Positions 1-12,131 of a DNA stretch of 64,000 nucleotides are shown here, in pieces. Each line of letters starts with the position of its first letter. Position 1 is the first letter of the stretch. The translations under genes were made by a program, and so were the position numbers. The stretch lies in contig OZ024759.1 of the NCBI GenBank assembly GCA_964016885.1, forward strand, positions 17,608,001 to 17,672,000, written 5' to 3'. Source of the DNA: Eledone cirrhosa. Its lineage: Eukaryota. Below the pieces are notes generated by a model. That model was given only the letters and a program-made list of their open reading frames with translations. It had not been told where the DNA came from and searched no databases.

Positions 1-54
1 TTCTGAGGTCATCAAAATTAATTAGCATTTAAATTACCATCTGTCTCAAGCCTA

Positions 55-195
55 GAGGTGCACCAGGCTGGTGTTTATCATGGTTTCCTTGGCATTAAGT
101 AAATGAGAGAGTAAGACTTCCCCCTGGACAGGATGTCAGACCATTGCCAGGTTAACTCCCAAGTACTACTGGTACTCATTTTTAAATGAGTGTAC
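55..195 (-). mobile_element. Degenerate SINE central-domain fragment
   Basis: Segment 'cccctggacaggatgtcagaccattgccaggttaactcccaag...ctggtactcatt' resembles the reverse complement of a conserved metazoan SINE central domain (recalled, not searched). Confidence 0.35.
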
Positions 196-234
196 AAACA
201 TACATATATATGTGTGGAATACACACACACACAC

Positions 235-293
<59 letters not shown>

Positions 294-316
294 CGTCCAT
301 ATATATATATATATTT

Positions 317-525
317 AAATAATTTTGAAAGCCATGCAATGCACTAGAAAATTAAAATTGCTAGCAAATTTACCGTAGCAAATTTAATGACAAACTTGGT
401 AAGGTAAGAATCTATTGTTATCTTAGCAATTTTAATTTTCTAGTGCATTGTAGGGTTTTCAAAATTATTTGAAAATTTGTGTTTCCTATTCAACAATGAT
501 TCAAGCAAACTACAACATTCTGTTA
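317..525. mobile_element. (TA)n-flanked fold-back element
   Basis: 47-bp arms 317-363 and 424-470 are near-perfect reverse complements, followed by a unique tail; (TA)n on both sides. Confidence 0.6.
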
Positions 526-538
526 TATATATATATAT

Positions 539-702
539 CCCACACTGTAAATGTGGTTGGTGTTAGGAAGGGCATCCAACTGTAGAAAGCCTGCCAGACA
601 GTCCTATGCGAGCAAGACAATCACTCTTGCCTCAAGTGGGAAAACCCCCGTCCAAACCCATGCAAGCGTGGAACACGGACGTTAAACGTTGATGATGATG
701 AT
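539..702 (+). mobile_element. RTE LINE family 1, 3' UTR end
   Basis: Near-identical to 19705-19876; ends ggacgttaaacgttgatgatgatg. Confidence 0.8.
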
Positions 703-798
703 ATATATATATATATATATATAGTTGAGGACCAAGAGAAAAGAGTGATCAACACCAATCGTTTGATGACTCTGTGGTTCCTTCCCTCCTATATATAT

Positions 799-851
799 GT
801 TATGACGGACAGACGGACGAAGATCAGCTTGTCTTTTATAATAATATAGAT
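799..851 (-). mobile_element. Possible Helitron-like 5' terminus
   Basis: Minus strand reads TCTATATTATTATAAAA...cgtccgtctgtccgtc, like non-autonomous Helitron 5' ends; no 3' hairpin/CTAG end found. Confidence 0.25.
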
Positions 852-1090
852 GTGAATTTCTGTGCTGGTGTCTGCATGGCTTTCTGGCATCAGCAAATAT
901 AAATATTGTACTTGAGTATTGACTTAAATAGACCACAAAATCAAATATGTTGTTCTTAGTTTGTATCGTTCATGAAAGAAAATTTGGCCTTTAATTATAG
1001 ATGATTTGCAACATTTGCACTCCAAGAATAGAGGCGCTGGAGTTTTATTTGGAAATTAGTATAGATTTGAATTTCATTGAACGAAGCTTC

Positions 1091-1195
1091 AGTAGAGGAA
1101 AACCAAGAAAGACTTGGGCAGAAGTGGTGCGAGGACATAGATGAAATAGTGAAATTCATAGAGGAGATGGCAAAGAAATGCTGCAAGTGCAGGGA
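1091..1195 (+). mobile_element. RTE ORF2 C-terminal remnant
   Basis: Encodes [13 protein letters not shown], matching RTE copies elsewhere in the window. Confidence 0.6.
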
Positions 1196-1204
1196 TGGCA
1201 AATT

Positions 1205-1590
1205 ATATATATATATATATGTATATATATATGTATGTATATATATATGTATGTATATATATATATGTATATATATATATATGTATATATATATACGAAT
1301 ATATATATATGAATATATATATATGTATGTATATATATATGAATATATATATGTATATGAATATATATATATATGTATATATATATGAATATATATGTAT
1401 ATGTATGTATATATGTATATGTATATATATATACACACATATATATATAGACATCCATCAACATACACACACACATACATTTATATATATATATATATAT
1501 ATACAAACACACACACATATACATACACACACACACATACATTTATATATATATATATATATATATATACAAACACACACATATACATAT

Positions 1591-1621
<31 letters not shown>

Positions 1622-1664
1622 GGCATCCATATATACACACACACACATACAGACATACACATAG

Positions 1665-1703
<39 letters not shown>

Positions 1704-1780
1704 TATCCATACACACACATATATGTATATATACACATACATATATATATATATACACACACACACATATACATATATAA
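1205..1780. repeat. (TA)n/(CA)n compound microsatellite
   Basis: Directly visible. Confidence 0.95.
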
Positions 1781-2302
1781 TCCTGCTTAGGTATGGTTTA
1801 ATTTTATGCTCTGCTGCTGAGAAAATTGGCATTCTTCAACAACTGATTGTATTTACATCAATTCACAGACTCACAGAACAATATAGCTCCATACAAATAA
1901 AAGCAAAGGTGAATATAAAAAGCAGAGAAATAGAAAAATAGACAAAAAATCCCTCCATTATCTTTTATTGTATACATATTCTTTCTCTCTCTTTCTGGTG
2001 GCTTCTAACTAAACCCAATATAACTTCATCTGGCACCACCTCCATCATCACTTTACAAGGATGTTTTAAAGCAATTCTATGCTATGGTGGGTTCTTTTCT
2101 ATGCTAAATCAAACAACAACTGTGTGTGTGTGTGAGTGAGTGTGTGTGTGTGGCTATGTATATATGTGTGTGTGGTTGTGTGTGTGTATGTGTGTGTGTG
2201 TGTATGTGTGTGTGTGTGTGTGTGTGTGTACTGATATCATTGTCATCGGTATGTAGTTGTTTTCCCCATTAGTCAGACTTGCATATATAATACACAGACA
2301 CT

Positions 2303-2359
<57 letters not shown>

Positions 2360-2440
2360 TGATACTCACACACAGTCACACATATATTGACACAAACACA
2401 AGCATGCACACGTATATACATACATACACACACATATATT

Positions 2441-2483
<43 letters not shown>

Positions 2484-2787
2484 CCAAAACTTCGAAGTCA
2501 CTACCAGACCCGAAATATAATGTAAATAATAATCAAAGGTTGTTTAATCTTTCAAACAAATGTTTGAAAGATTAAACACACTGATATGTATGTATATATA
2601 TATATATATGTATCACTGACGAAGGACTATTTTTATCATATGTAACCTATGTGCAACCACGCAGTATCCTTCTTTCTTCTCAAGTTTTTATATATATATA
2701 TATTTTTATATATCTATGGGTGTATAATAATAATAATGAAATTATTTTATATATCTATGTGTGTATAATAATAATAATGAAATTATT

Positions 2788-2987
2788 GTGTTCAGGTGCA
2801 CTACAACTCATCAAAGATGCATGTATAGTACATAGAATAATATGCAAATGTCAGGAAAATGAACAGTGTACCAGTCATGAAATACATGTGTGCATGTGTA
2901 TGGAGGGGGGGATATCAGGTGTAGTGTTGGCGAATCTCAGGAAACATGGAAGTTTTAAAGGATGCAGTGTCTCGACAGCTAATAACT
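2788..2987 (-). mobile_element. LINE 3' end (CR1-like), copy 1
   Basis: Minus strand encodes SCRDTASFKTSMFPEIRQHYT-stop followed by a 3' UTR; second copy at 32768-32923. Confidence 0.55.
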
Positions 2988-3040
2988 ACGTGTATATATG
3001 TATATATGTGTGTATATGTGTATATGTGTGTATATGTATA

Positions 3041-3106
<66 letters not shown>

Positions 3107-3409
3107 GTCAAAACTTTAAAGTCACTGCCAGTTTTCTAAGAATAAAAAATATATATATATATTTCCCTCCTTCTTGTGTTACCATTTGCATAGCCTGTTT
3201 GCATCATATCTTGCCCTGTTTCTAGTTACAAGACTTGTTTGTAAAGTTGCATTGCTGTCCTAATCAAAAGATACTTTGGCATTCTCTCTCCCCTATGTTC
3301 TATTGTCTCACATGCACCTTTCCAGTGACCTATTCATACAACCTGAGCTCAATCTTATGCAATTTCACCTTCATGCACAAAATTGCATTGCCCAGGGAGT
3401 GGCTGACAA

Positions 3410-3530
3410 TTAACCCTTTAGTATTTACATTACTCTATATTTACTATTATATTTTCATGGTAAAGGCTTTACCTCACATAATTATCTCATGTAATATCGA
3501 ATTTATGAGATTTACACACATCTGACGGTA
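3410..3530 (+). mobile_element. TTAA MITE family A, left part
   Basis: Starts ttaaccctttagtattta; internal sequence matches the full copy at 57458-57686. Confidence 0.7.
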
Positions 3531-3699
3531 TTCCTGAGAATTTCACTCACAAGGCATTGGTCAATCTGATGCTAAGATAGAAGAAATGTTTCAGGTAACT
3601 GCCATAAATTACTTCCATCAACAAATGTCACAAAAATGAACACAGTTGAACAATGAACCACAAACAGTTTTTCTGTTGACATCATCATCTTCATCTTCA

Positions 3700-4035
3700 T
3701 CATCATCATCATTTTACGTCCACTTTTCCCTGCTTGCAAGGGTGGGACGGGAACTGATTCTGGCTTGATTTCTACAGCTGGATGCCCTTCCTAACACCAA
3801 CCTCATTTACAGTGAGTGCTGGGTGCTTTTTTGCCGTGGCACCTCCATGACCACTTTGCAGTGGAATGATAAGGACTCCCAGTCCCTATCATCTCATTTC
3901 TACAGCTGAGTAAACTGGAGCAATATGAAATAAAGTGTCTTGCTCAAGGACACAACACATCACCCGATCTGAGAATTGAACTCTTAACCTTTCGATTGCA
4001 AGCCCAATGCTCTAACCACTAAGCCATGTGCCTCC
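3700..4035 (-). mobile_element. Full-length tRNA-derived SINE with RTE-type tail
   Basis: Minus strand has A box TGGCTTAGTGG, B box GTTCAATTC, tgtgtccttgagcaagacactt core and (GAT)n tail; copies at 21468, 53453, 61577. Confidence 0.85.
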
Positions 4036-4099
4036 ATCAGTAGAAGGCTTATTTAAATTGTTTCATACTGTTGCTGTAGTTTTTATTCTTTTTTTTTTG

Positions 4100-4660
4100 T
4101 TGCTGTTGTGGTGGTTGTACTGTTCTCATTGTAGTTATTGTTGGAGTTGTTGTTTGTGATGATGGTGGTAGTTGTGATGGTTGTGGTGGTGATGGTTATG
4201 GTAGTTGTGTTGGTGATGGTTGTGGTGGTGATGGTGGTGATGGTGGTGATGGTTGTGGTTGTGGTAATGGTGGTGATAGTTATGATTGTTGTGATGGTGA
4301 TGGTTGTGGTGATGGCTGTGGTAATGGTGGTGATAGTTGTGGTTGTTGTGGAAGTGATGGTCGTGGTAATGGTGGTGATAGTTATGGTAGTTGTGGTGGT
4401 AATGGTTGTAGTGATGGTGGAAGTGATAGGTGTGGTTGTGGTTGAGGTGATGTTTATGGTTGTGGTTGTGTTGGTTATTGTTGTTGTTGTTGTTGTTGTG
4501 GTGCTAGTGGTAGTTGTGATGGTTGTGGTGGTTATTGTTGTGGTTGTGCTAGTGGTAGTTGTGATGGTTGTGGTGGTTATTGTTGTGGTTGTGGTGGTGA
4601 TGGTTATGTTTGTTGTGATGATTTAAATAGTGATAGTGGTTGTTAGGGTTGTAGTTGTCA
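4100..4660. repeat. Degenerate (GGT/GAT/GTT)n trinucleotide repeat
   Basis: Directly visible; source of the poly-Val ORF. Confidence 0.9.
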
Positions 4661-4661
4661 G

Positions 4662-5176
4662 TGAAGACGTGTGACTTTGTGGTTAGGGAATTTGGCTCAT
4701 GATTGTTAGGTCGTGGGTTCGATTCCCAGCAGTGCGCTGTGCCCTTAAGCAAGACACTTCATTTCACGTTGCTCCAGTTCATTCAGTTGGCAAAAGATGA
4801 GTTGTACCTGTAATTCAAAGGATCAGCCTTGTCACAATCTGTGTCTTGCCAAATCTCCCCGAGAACTACGTTACTCTATATATACTATTGTATTTTTGTG
4901 GTAAGAGCTTTATCTCACATAATATCAAATCTATGAGATTTCGATGTTATTTATTTTGAGAAAAATACCTTAACATCAGTATGAACAGCCAGTTATGGCC
5001 CGTTCGAACAGAAAGTGGTGAGAGAATTCTGGCCGGATATGGTTGGTTTAAATGTTAGAGGGTTAAGGGTACACATGTTTGTGGAATGCTCAGCCACTTG
5101 CATGTTAATTTCATAAGCAGGGTGTTCTGTGGATCGGATCAACTGGAACACTTGTCGTCATAACCGACGGATTGTC
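4662..5176 (+). mobile_element. tRNA-derived SINE (second family) interrupted by a MITE
   Basis: B box ggttcgattccc. The body breaks at gaactacgtt (4872) and resumes gggtacacatg (5067). The uninterrupted junction gaactatgttaaaggtacac is seen at about 7651. Confidence 0.75.
4871..5066 (+). mobile_element. TTAA MITE family A (left TIR lost)
   Basis: Matches 57458-57686; ends taaatgttagagggttaa. Confidence 0.75.
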
Positions 5177-5756
5177 TTCCTTCCAGTTGTCAATTGTTTC
5201 AGTAATGGTAGTAGTGGCAGTTGTTGTTGTAGTTATTTTCGTAGTGGTGGTTTTGGTTGATGTTGTTGTTGTTGTTGGTTGTTGTTCATTAGTGCTGCTG
5301 CAGTTAGCACATTTTATAGTACCGCATCATTTTACAGATGTGTGAAATACAAAACAAGGTTTTATTGCTGACAAAAATTTTAAAAAAAAAGAAGGAAAAA
5401 AAAAAGCATAAAATAAAATAAAATAAAATAAAATAAAATGAAATAAATAAATAAAAAACAAAAACAAATATACAAAATCAAATAAATATATAAAAATACA
5501 TGTTTAAGCTAGATTTGAAAGAAAATTTTTCAAGAAGTAAAAAGAAAAATAGGTGACAGATATGGTGTAAATTTAACTCATTTATTTATATTTTCATTAA
5601 TATATTTTTTTGAAAAGGGTATTAGCCTTTTCATGCAATTTTTATTATTATTCATAATATGGTAGGTGTTTCAGAATATGAATATGTTCTCTTCTCTGTT
5701 TCTGTCAACATTAATTCAAAAATATAAAAATTAACAAAACATGTTATTTACCTTTT

Positions 5757-5812
<56 letters not shown>

Positions 5813-6062
5813 ATGATCACATGTTCAAATGTAGTGCATTCATGCTGGTATGCTTTATGTATATCTACCATTTTGGATAATTAAACAGGTGCACACATAT
5901 TTATCTACCTATCTATCAGTTACGTAGCTCTCTCTCTCTCTCTCTCTTTCTCTTTCTTTCTCTCTCTCTCTCTCTCTATATATATATCTATATATCCAGT
6001 GAATTTCCAACCGATAAGGTATGATTTTCATGGCTACGTCTCTATTTATAAAACAAACTTTG

Positions 6063-6127
6063 TATTTTATCTGATGAAAGTGTACCAATGTTGTCTTGGT
6101 TGCCCTTGAAATATATATAATAAAATA
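6063..6127 (+). ncRNA. Type I hammerhead ribozyme motif in a (TA)n-flanked element (5997-6172)
   Basis: Stem I TATTTTAT/ATAAAATA; CTGATGA 6071-6077; paired stem II; GAAA 6108-6111; TATATA stem III; AUA triplet. Confidence 0.7.
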
Positions 6128-6244
6128 AATATCGTTTTATAAATATAGTTTCCATTTATTTAATATCATTGTATATATATATACATATATATATATACTG
6201 GAATTGAATAATCAAAACCATAGTGGTATGTCACATATCAAATC

Positions 6245-6294
6245 ATATATTTTGTCTGATGAAAACGTACTTAAACGCCATTGTGCCTTTGAAA
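6245..6294 (+). ncRNA. Hammerhead 5' part (3' part displaced to 7067-7077 by an RTE insertion)
   Basis: ATATATTTTGT-CTGATGA-aaacgtac...gtgccttt-GAAA; the complementary ATAAAATATAT resumes immediately after the RTE. Confidence 0.6.
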
Positions 6295-7066
6295 TCATCA
6301 TCATCAACGTTTAACGTCCGTGTTCCACGCTTGCATGGGTTTGGACGGGGGTTTTCCCACTTGAGGCAAGAGTGGTTGTCTTGCTCGCATAGGACTGTCT
6401 GGCAGGTTTTCTACAGTTGGATGCCCTTCCAAACACCAACCATATTTACAGTGTGGGTCTGGGAGGTTTTTACCGTGTTGCCTACACGGCCACATTACAG
6501 CGTGGACTGTGTGTTTTTTTGTCGTGACACCTACACGATCTCATTTGTTTCGGCCTGGATGGTGTGGCACCAACATAACTTTACATAGAAGGGGGCGGCG
6601 TGGATGGGGTGGGGGTGGTGGGACGGGGGTGTATTTTGTTAGAGATGCCTACTGACTGTAGTAGGTTTTAGGTAAGGCGGGTCTTCTCTATTACTGAGTA
6701 TCGCCAAAGGTCTCGGTCCAGTGACATTGTCTTGGTGAGGTGTAAGTGTGAGAGGTCGGAGTTTATCAGCTCGTCCCAGGTTTTTCTGGGTCTGCCTATT
6801 CCGTGGCTACCGTCTATCTTTATTGCCCTGCACTTTGTTATACTTCATGCGCATCACGTGACCATACCAACGTAGCCTTCTCTCGAGTAGACAACATCTG
6901 ATCCCTCTTATTTCTAATTTTTTCCTTAGTTCGTTTATGCTTTGTCGTTCACGTATATTACTATTACACATCCAGCGGAGCATGCAAGCTTCGTTTCTCT
7001 CTAGTCTGCGTATATCTTCTGCACACAATGCCCAGGTCTCACTGCCATGCAACATTGCTGTTCGTA
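6295..7066 (-). mobile_element. 5'-truncated RTE LINE family 1 (ORF2 C-terminus plus 3' UTR)
   Basis: RTAMLHGSETW...LERRLRWYGHVMRM...GRPRKTW motifs; near-identical to 19062-19876. Confidence 0.9.
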
Positions 7067-7456
7067 ATAAAATATATATTTTGCTTATGAGAATATTTTT
7101 CATTTATTAACATTCTGAATAATATATATATATATAATCATTATTATCGTCCAAAGTCCGTGTATGCATATATATATAAATATGTATGTATACACATATT
7201 ATCATCATCACCATTTAACATCCATTTTTACAATCGTGCGGTTGTGAGTTTGATTATATCCGACCATGCCTTATGTCATTAAGCAAGACACTTTATTTCA
7301 TGTTGCTCCTTCTACCTGGAGTTGTGACCGATAGAGAGTATTAGCAATTGGAAAGACCAACGGAAACATTACTTCCTTGGTCCGATTTGACGAAAGTCAA
7401 TCGACAGTCGCTATATATGAGAAAAATGTTTGTTGTTTGTGTTTACTTGCTAATTG

Positions 7457-8060
7457 TGAAGGCATGTGGCTTATTAATTAGGGTGTTTGTCTCACAACCG
7501 TGAGTTTAATTGCTGGTGGTACATTGTGTCCTTCAGCAAGACACTTTACTTCATGTCACTTCAGTCCATTCAGCTGGCAAAAATTGTATATTGTACCTGT
7601 AACACAAAGGGCTAACCTTAACACATATGTGTCACACTGAATCTTCCTGAGAACTATGTTAAAGGTACACAATGATTTAGTCCACTCTGCTGGCAAAAAT
7701 GTGTAGTAACTGTAATTTAAAGGGCCAGCCTTGTCACACACAGTGAAGTTGAATCTCCCTGAGAACATCTTGTTATTTATGGTTTTCTGCTATGTGAGTT
7801 GTATTGTAATTCAAAGGGTTAGGCTTGTCATACATAGCCATGCTGAATCTCCCTGAGAATGTCTTGTTTATGGTTTTTTGCTATGTGAGTAGTATTGTAA
7901 TTCAAAGGGTTTGGCTTGTAACACGGAGCCATGCTGAATCTCCCTGAGAACTACATTCACGGTACATGTTCTTCTAGAATGCTCAGCCACTTAGATGTAA
8001 ATTTCACAAGTAGACTGCTTGATTAACCAAACAAATGGAACATTTGTTGTGTGAGAACCA
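7457..8060 (+). mobile_element. Degenerate SINE with internal tandem duplications
   Basis: Same family as 4662; the block taattcaaaggg...gaatctccctgagaa recurs about 4 times. Confidence 0.65.
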
Positions 8061-8439
8061 ACAAAGGTCCAATGCACACATATGAACACACGCACACGCA
8101 CACACACACACAAGCAGATACACACACTGACACACACGTGCACACATGCATGCACCCTCATGTATGCAGAAGTGTAAAAAATGATATATATATTTATATA
8201 CAAACGTTCAAACATACCTACTTACATCCACACACACATACGCATACATGTGTGTGTGCTTGTGTGTGTCTAGATGCTTGTATGTACATGTGTGTATGTG
8301 CATTTGTATGGGTGTGTGTATGTGCTTGTGTATACGTGTGTGTGTGTGTGTGCTTGTGTGTGTGTAGGTGCTTGTATGTACATGTGTATGGGTGTATGTA
8401 TGTGTTTGAGTATACATGTGTGCATGTGTGTGTAGGTGC

Positions 8440-9309
8440 ATGTGTGTGTATGTGCTTGAGTATGCATGTGTGTGCGTATAGGTGCTTGAGTATGCATGTG
8501 TGTGTGTAGGTGCTTGAGTATGCATGTGTGTGTATAGGTGCTTGAGTAAGTATGCATGTGTGTAGGTGCTTGAGTATGCGTGTATGTGCTTGAGTATGTG
8601 TGTGTGTAGGTGCTTGAGTATGCATGTGTGTGTGTAGGTGCTTGAGTAAGTATGCATGTGTGTGTGTAGGTGCTTGAGTATGCGTGTATGTGCTTGAGTA
8701 TGTGTGTGTGTGTGTGTGGGTGCTTGAGTATGCATGTGTGTGTATAGGTGCTTGAGTAAGTATGCATGTGTGTGTGTAGGTGCTTGAGTATGCGTGTATG
8801 TGCTTGAGTATGTGTGTGTGTGTGTGTGGGTGCTTGAGTATGCATGTGTGTGTATAGGTGCTTGAGTAAGTATGCATATGTGTTTGTAGGTGCTTGAGTA
8901 TGCGTGTGTGTGTAGGTGCTTGAGTATGCATGTGTATGTGCTTGAGTATGCGTGTGTGTGTGTGTGTGTGTAGGTGCTTGAGTATGCATGTGTGTGTGTA
9001 GGTGCTTGAGTAAGTATGCATATGTGTGTGTAGGTGCTTGAGTATGCGTGTGTGTGTAGGTGCTTGAGTATGCATGTGTATGTGCTTGAGTATGCGTGTG
9101 TGTGTGTGTAGGTGCTTGAGTATGCATGTGTGTGTGTAGGTGCTTGAGTAAGTATGCATATGTGTGTGTAGGTGCTTGAGTATGCATGTGTGTGTAGGTG
9201 CTTGAGTATGCATGTGTATGTGCTTGAGTATGTGTGTGTGTGTGTAGGTGCTTGAGTATGCATGTGTGTGTGTAGGTGCTTGAGTATGCGTGTGTGTGTA
9301 TGTGCTTGA

Positions 9310-9351
<42 letters not shown>

Positions 9352-9370
9352 GTGCTTGAGTATGCATGTG
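8440..9370. repeat. Minisatellite, motif gtgcttgagtatgc(a)tgtg(tg)n tag
   Basis: Dozens of recurrences visible. Confidence 0.9.
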
Positions 9371-9544
9371 CGTACATTTGTATATGTGCATATCCATGGT
9401 TTGTGTATGTGCTTGTATGTAAGTATATATATGTGTAAAACATTACACTGGTTGTTAGGTCAGTAGACTACATTCACTACTGGTTGATTATGTGTGAACT
9501 CCTGGAGCAAGGTGTATAATTATGCTTGCTCCAGTTTACTTGTT

Positions 9545-9825
9545 GGCCAACAACAACACCAACAGTAGCACCAACACCACTGCCATTACCACCGCCAGCA
9601 CCATTGCCAACACCACCACCACCAACAACAACACCAGCACCACCACCAACACCACTGCCAATACCACCACCGCCAACAACACCAGCACCACCGCCAACAC
9701 CAGCACCACTGCCAACACCACCACCGCCAACAACACCAGCACCACCACCACCACCACCACCACCGCCACCACCAGTACCACCACCACCACCAACAGCAAC
9801 ACCAACAACGCCACCAACAACAATA
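9545..9825. repeat. (ACC/AAC)n degenerate repeat
   Basis: Directly visible. Confidence 0.9.
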
Positions 9826-10805
9826 TTAATGATAATAATATCAGATCATCTCTGTGCAAATGAAGAATAAAAATAATAATAATGATAAAATAGTAACAAC
9901 AACAACGATGATGATGATGATTTTAAAAAAGGCTACAAATATAACAAAGAAAAATCAAGTACAACTCCTACTTTATGGTTGGTTGGTTAGCAACATGAAG
10001 GGAATCCGACTGTAAAAAAAAACAGCAAACAAGAAACCACCAAACTGCCTCCACCAAAGAACTATTGGCTGCAGAATATATACATCAAAACCAAGTAAAA
10101 CAAAGGATCTCACTACTGTAGCTGTGAGGGGAAAAAATATGAAATCTATGTAAAATCTATGTAAATAGAAATAGGAAAGTAATCCCCCCCCCCCTCCACG
10201 AAAATCATGTATATACATTTCCTATGTAGTAGTTTTATTGTTTGACTGGTTCCAATTAATGAGTGGTGGTCATGCTGGGACTGGCTGCTCTTTATTGATT
10301 AACTATTTCTAGATTTCTTTCGGGGTAGCCTCTATTTCCAATTTGAGATTATTCTCATTTATTTCTATCTGTTTGTTTATATGGCACGGTATGTGTATCC
10401 AGGCAGAGTATATCTGGTTTAGAATAGGTACATAGTATCATTGTGTATTGTAAGGGACTAAAAGGGTTGGTCTCATGAAGGGCCACTGGCTGTAAAACAT
10501 TGCCTCAAAAAGTTCCATCCATGGAACGGTTTTTACCTTATATACATACATATATATATATATATATATAAACGGAAAAAATGAAACGAAATTTCATTTC
10601 TCACTCTTAGTACGGCTGTTACTTAAATATAAGTATGTATACGTACATACATATATGTATACTGAGCATTATAATAAATGTTCGGTGAATCCATATGTAC
10701 ATATATATATGTGTGCATGCATGTATGTATATATATATACATACTACTGTATGTCTGTATACATATATGTATGTACGTATACATACTTATATATATATAT
10801 ATATA

Positions 10806-11539
10806 TCATCATCATCATTTTACGTCCGCTTTTCCCTGCTTGCAAGGGTGGGATGGGTCTTATTCAGCACAGCATCTCTCCACTCGTCACGGTCCTTCGT
10901 CATCTCCTCCGTGAGCTTCAATGATCTGAGGTCTGTTCTCACCACCTCCACCCATGTTTTTCCTGGTCTACCTCTACCACGTCTTCCTTCAACTGGCACT
11001 TCGTCACCCATTGGTCATCCTCGATGTGCATCACTTGTCCATACCACCTCAGTCTCCTCTCCCGTACACTACATTCTATCTCTCTCAACACATTCATGCT
11101 GGGTTGTTCACGCACATTTACACTGACATCCAATGGAGCATGCTTGCCTCATTTCTCTCCAGCCATCGCATATCCTCTGCAGTTGCTGCCCATGTCTCAC
11201 TACCATGCAGCATCACGCTCCTCACACAGGCATCATACAACCGGCCTTTCGTACGCAGGGAGAAACCCTTCTTCGTCCACAGAGGAAGCAGCTCCCTAAA
11301 CTTCTTCCAACCCATCCTTATTCTAGATACTATGGCCTCGGAACACCCTCCTCCCATGCTAATCTGATCTCCTAGGTACCGGAAGCTATCCACCACTTCT
11401 ATAGCACCCTCCTGCATCTGAAAAATGTGTCTATCAATGCGACTTCTACTGTCTAATTTCCCTGTACATCTACTGAATACATATTTCTCCCTACCTATTA
11501 GTTTGCCTGCTATGCCGCTACATCTCTTGTGTACCCAGG

Positions 11540-11540
<1 letters not shown>
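10806..11540 (-). mobile_element. 5'-truncated RTE LINE family 2
   Basis: EVVDSFRYLGDQI...KGRLYDACVRSVMLHGSETW...RRLRWYG...GRPGKTW across frameshifted ORFs; (GAT)n tail. Confidence 0.9.
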
Positions 11541-11579
<39 letters not shown>

Positions 11580-11694
11580 GTTTGTTGGTTCACCACTGGA
11601 TAGAACTGGTCATTCCGTGTGGTCATCGTCAGTGTAATATCATAGTATAATAAACCTTTTAAGGAATTACACCAGTCCAGCCTCCTGTTATTTT

Positions 11695-11736
<42 letters not shown>

Positions 11737-11802
11737 CTTTGATAGATTTTGGCCAGTATTATCCCAGACCATGTCTAACCTAATAGCACCACCTGGATAT
11801 AT

Positions 11803-11851
<49 letters not shown>

Positions 11852-12000
11852 CAGAAGTTATATTTAATTTGTTGGGATTCAACAAGCTTAAAAGTTTTAT
11901 AACTCATATAAAGCACTCAACAGATTACTGGAGTAAATATTAATATATTGTATATATATATATATATGAGAGAGAATTGCAGCTTTTGTGAAACTTTATT

Positions 12001-12080
12001 TCATATTACAATGTTTCTATATCGATGATCAACTCAGGTGATCAGATCCCGACTCTTAATCAACACTTCTTCAGATTAGC
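12001..12080 (-). ncRNA. Hammerhead-like motif with weak stem I
   Basis: Minus strand: CTGAAGA-agtgttgat...atcgatata-GAAA-CATTG-TA; stem I only about 2 bp. Confidence 0.4.
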
Positions 12081-12131
12081 GAGTTTACAGGAAAGCATTG
12101 GACCACGTAAACTGTGTGTCAAAGATGGTTG

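Noticed and set aside
8208-9443. Long His/Thr-rich ORFs in three frames
   Set aside because: Translations of a minisatellite.
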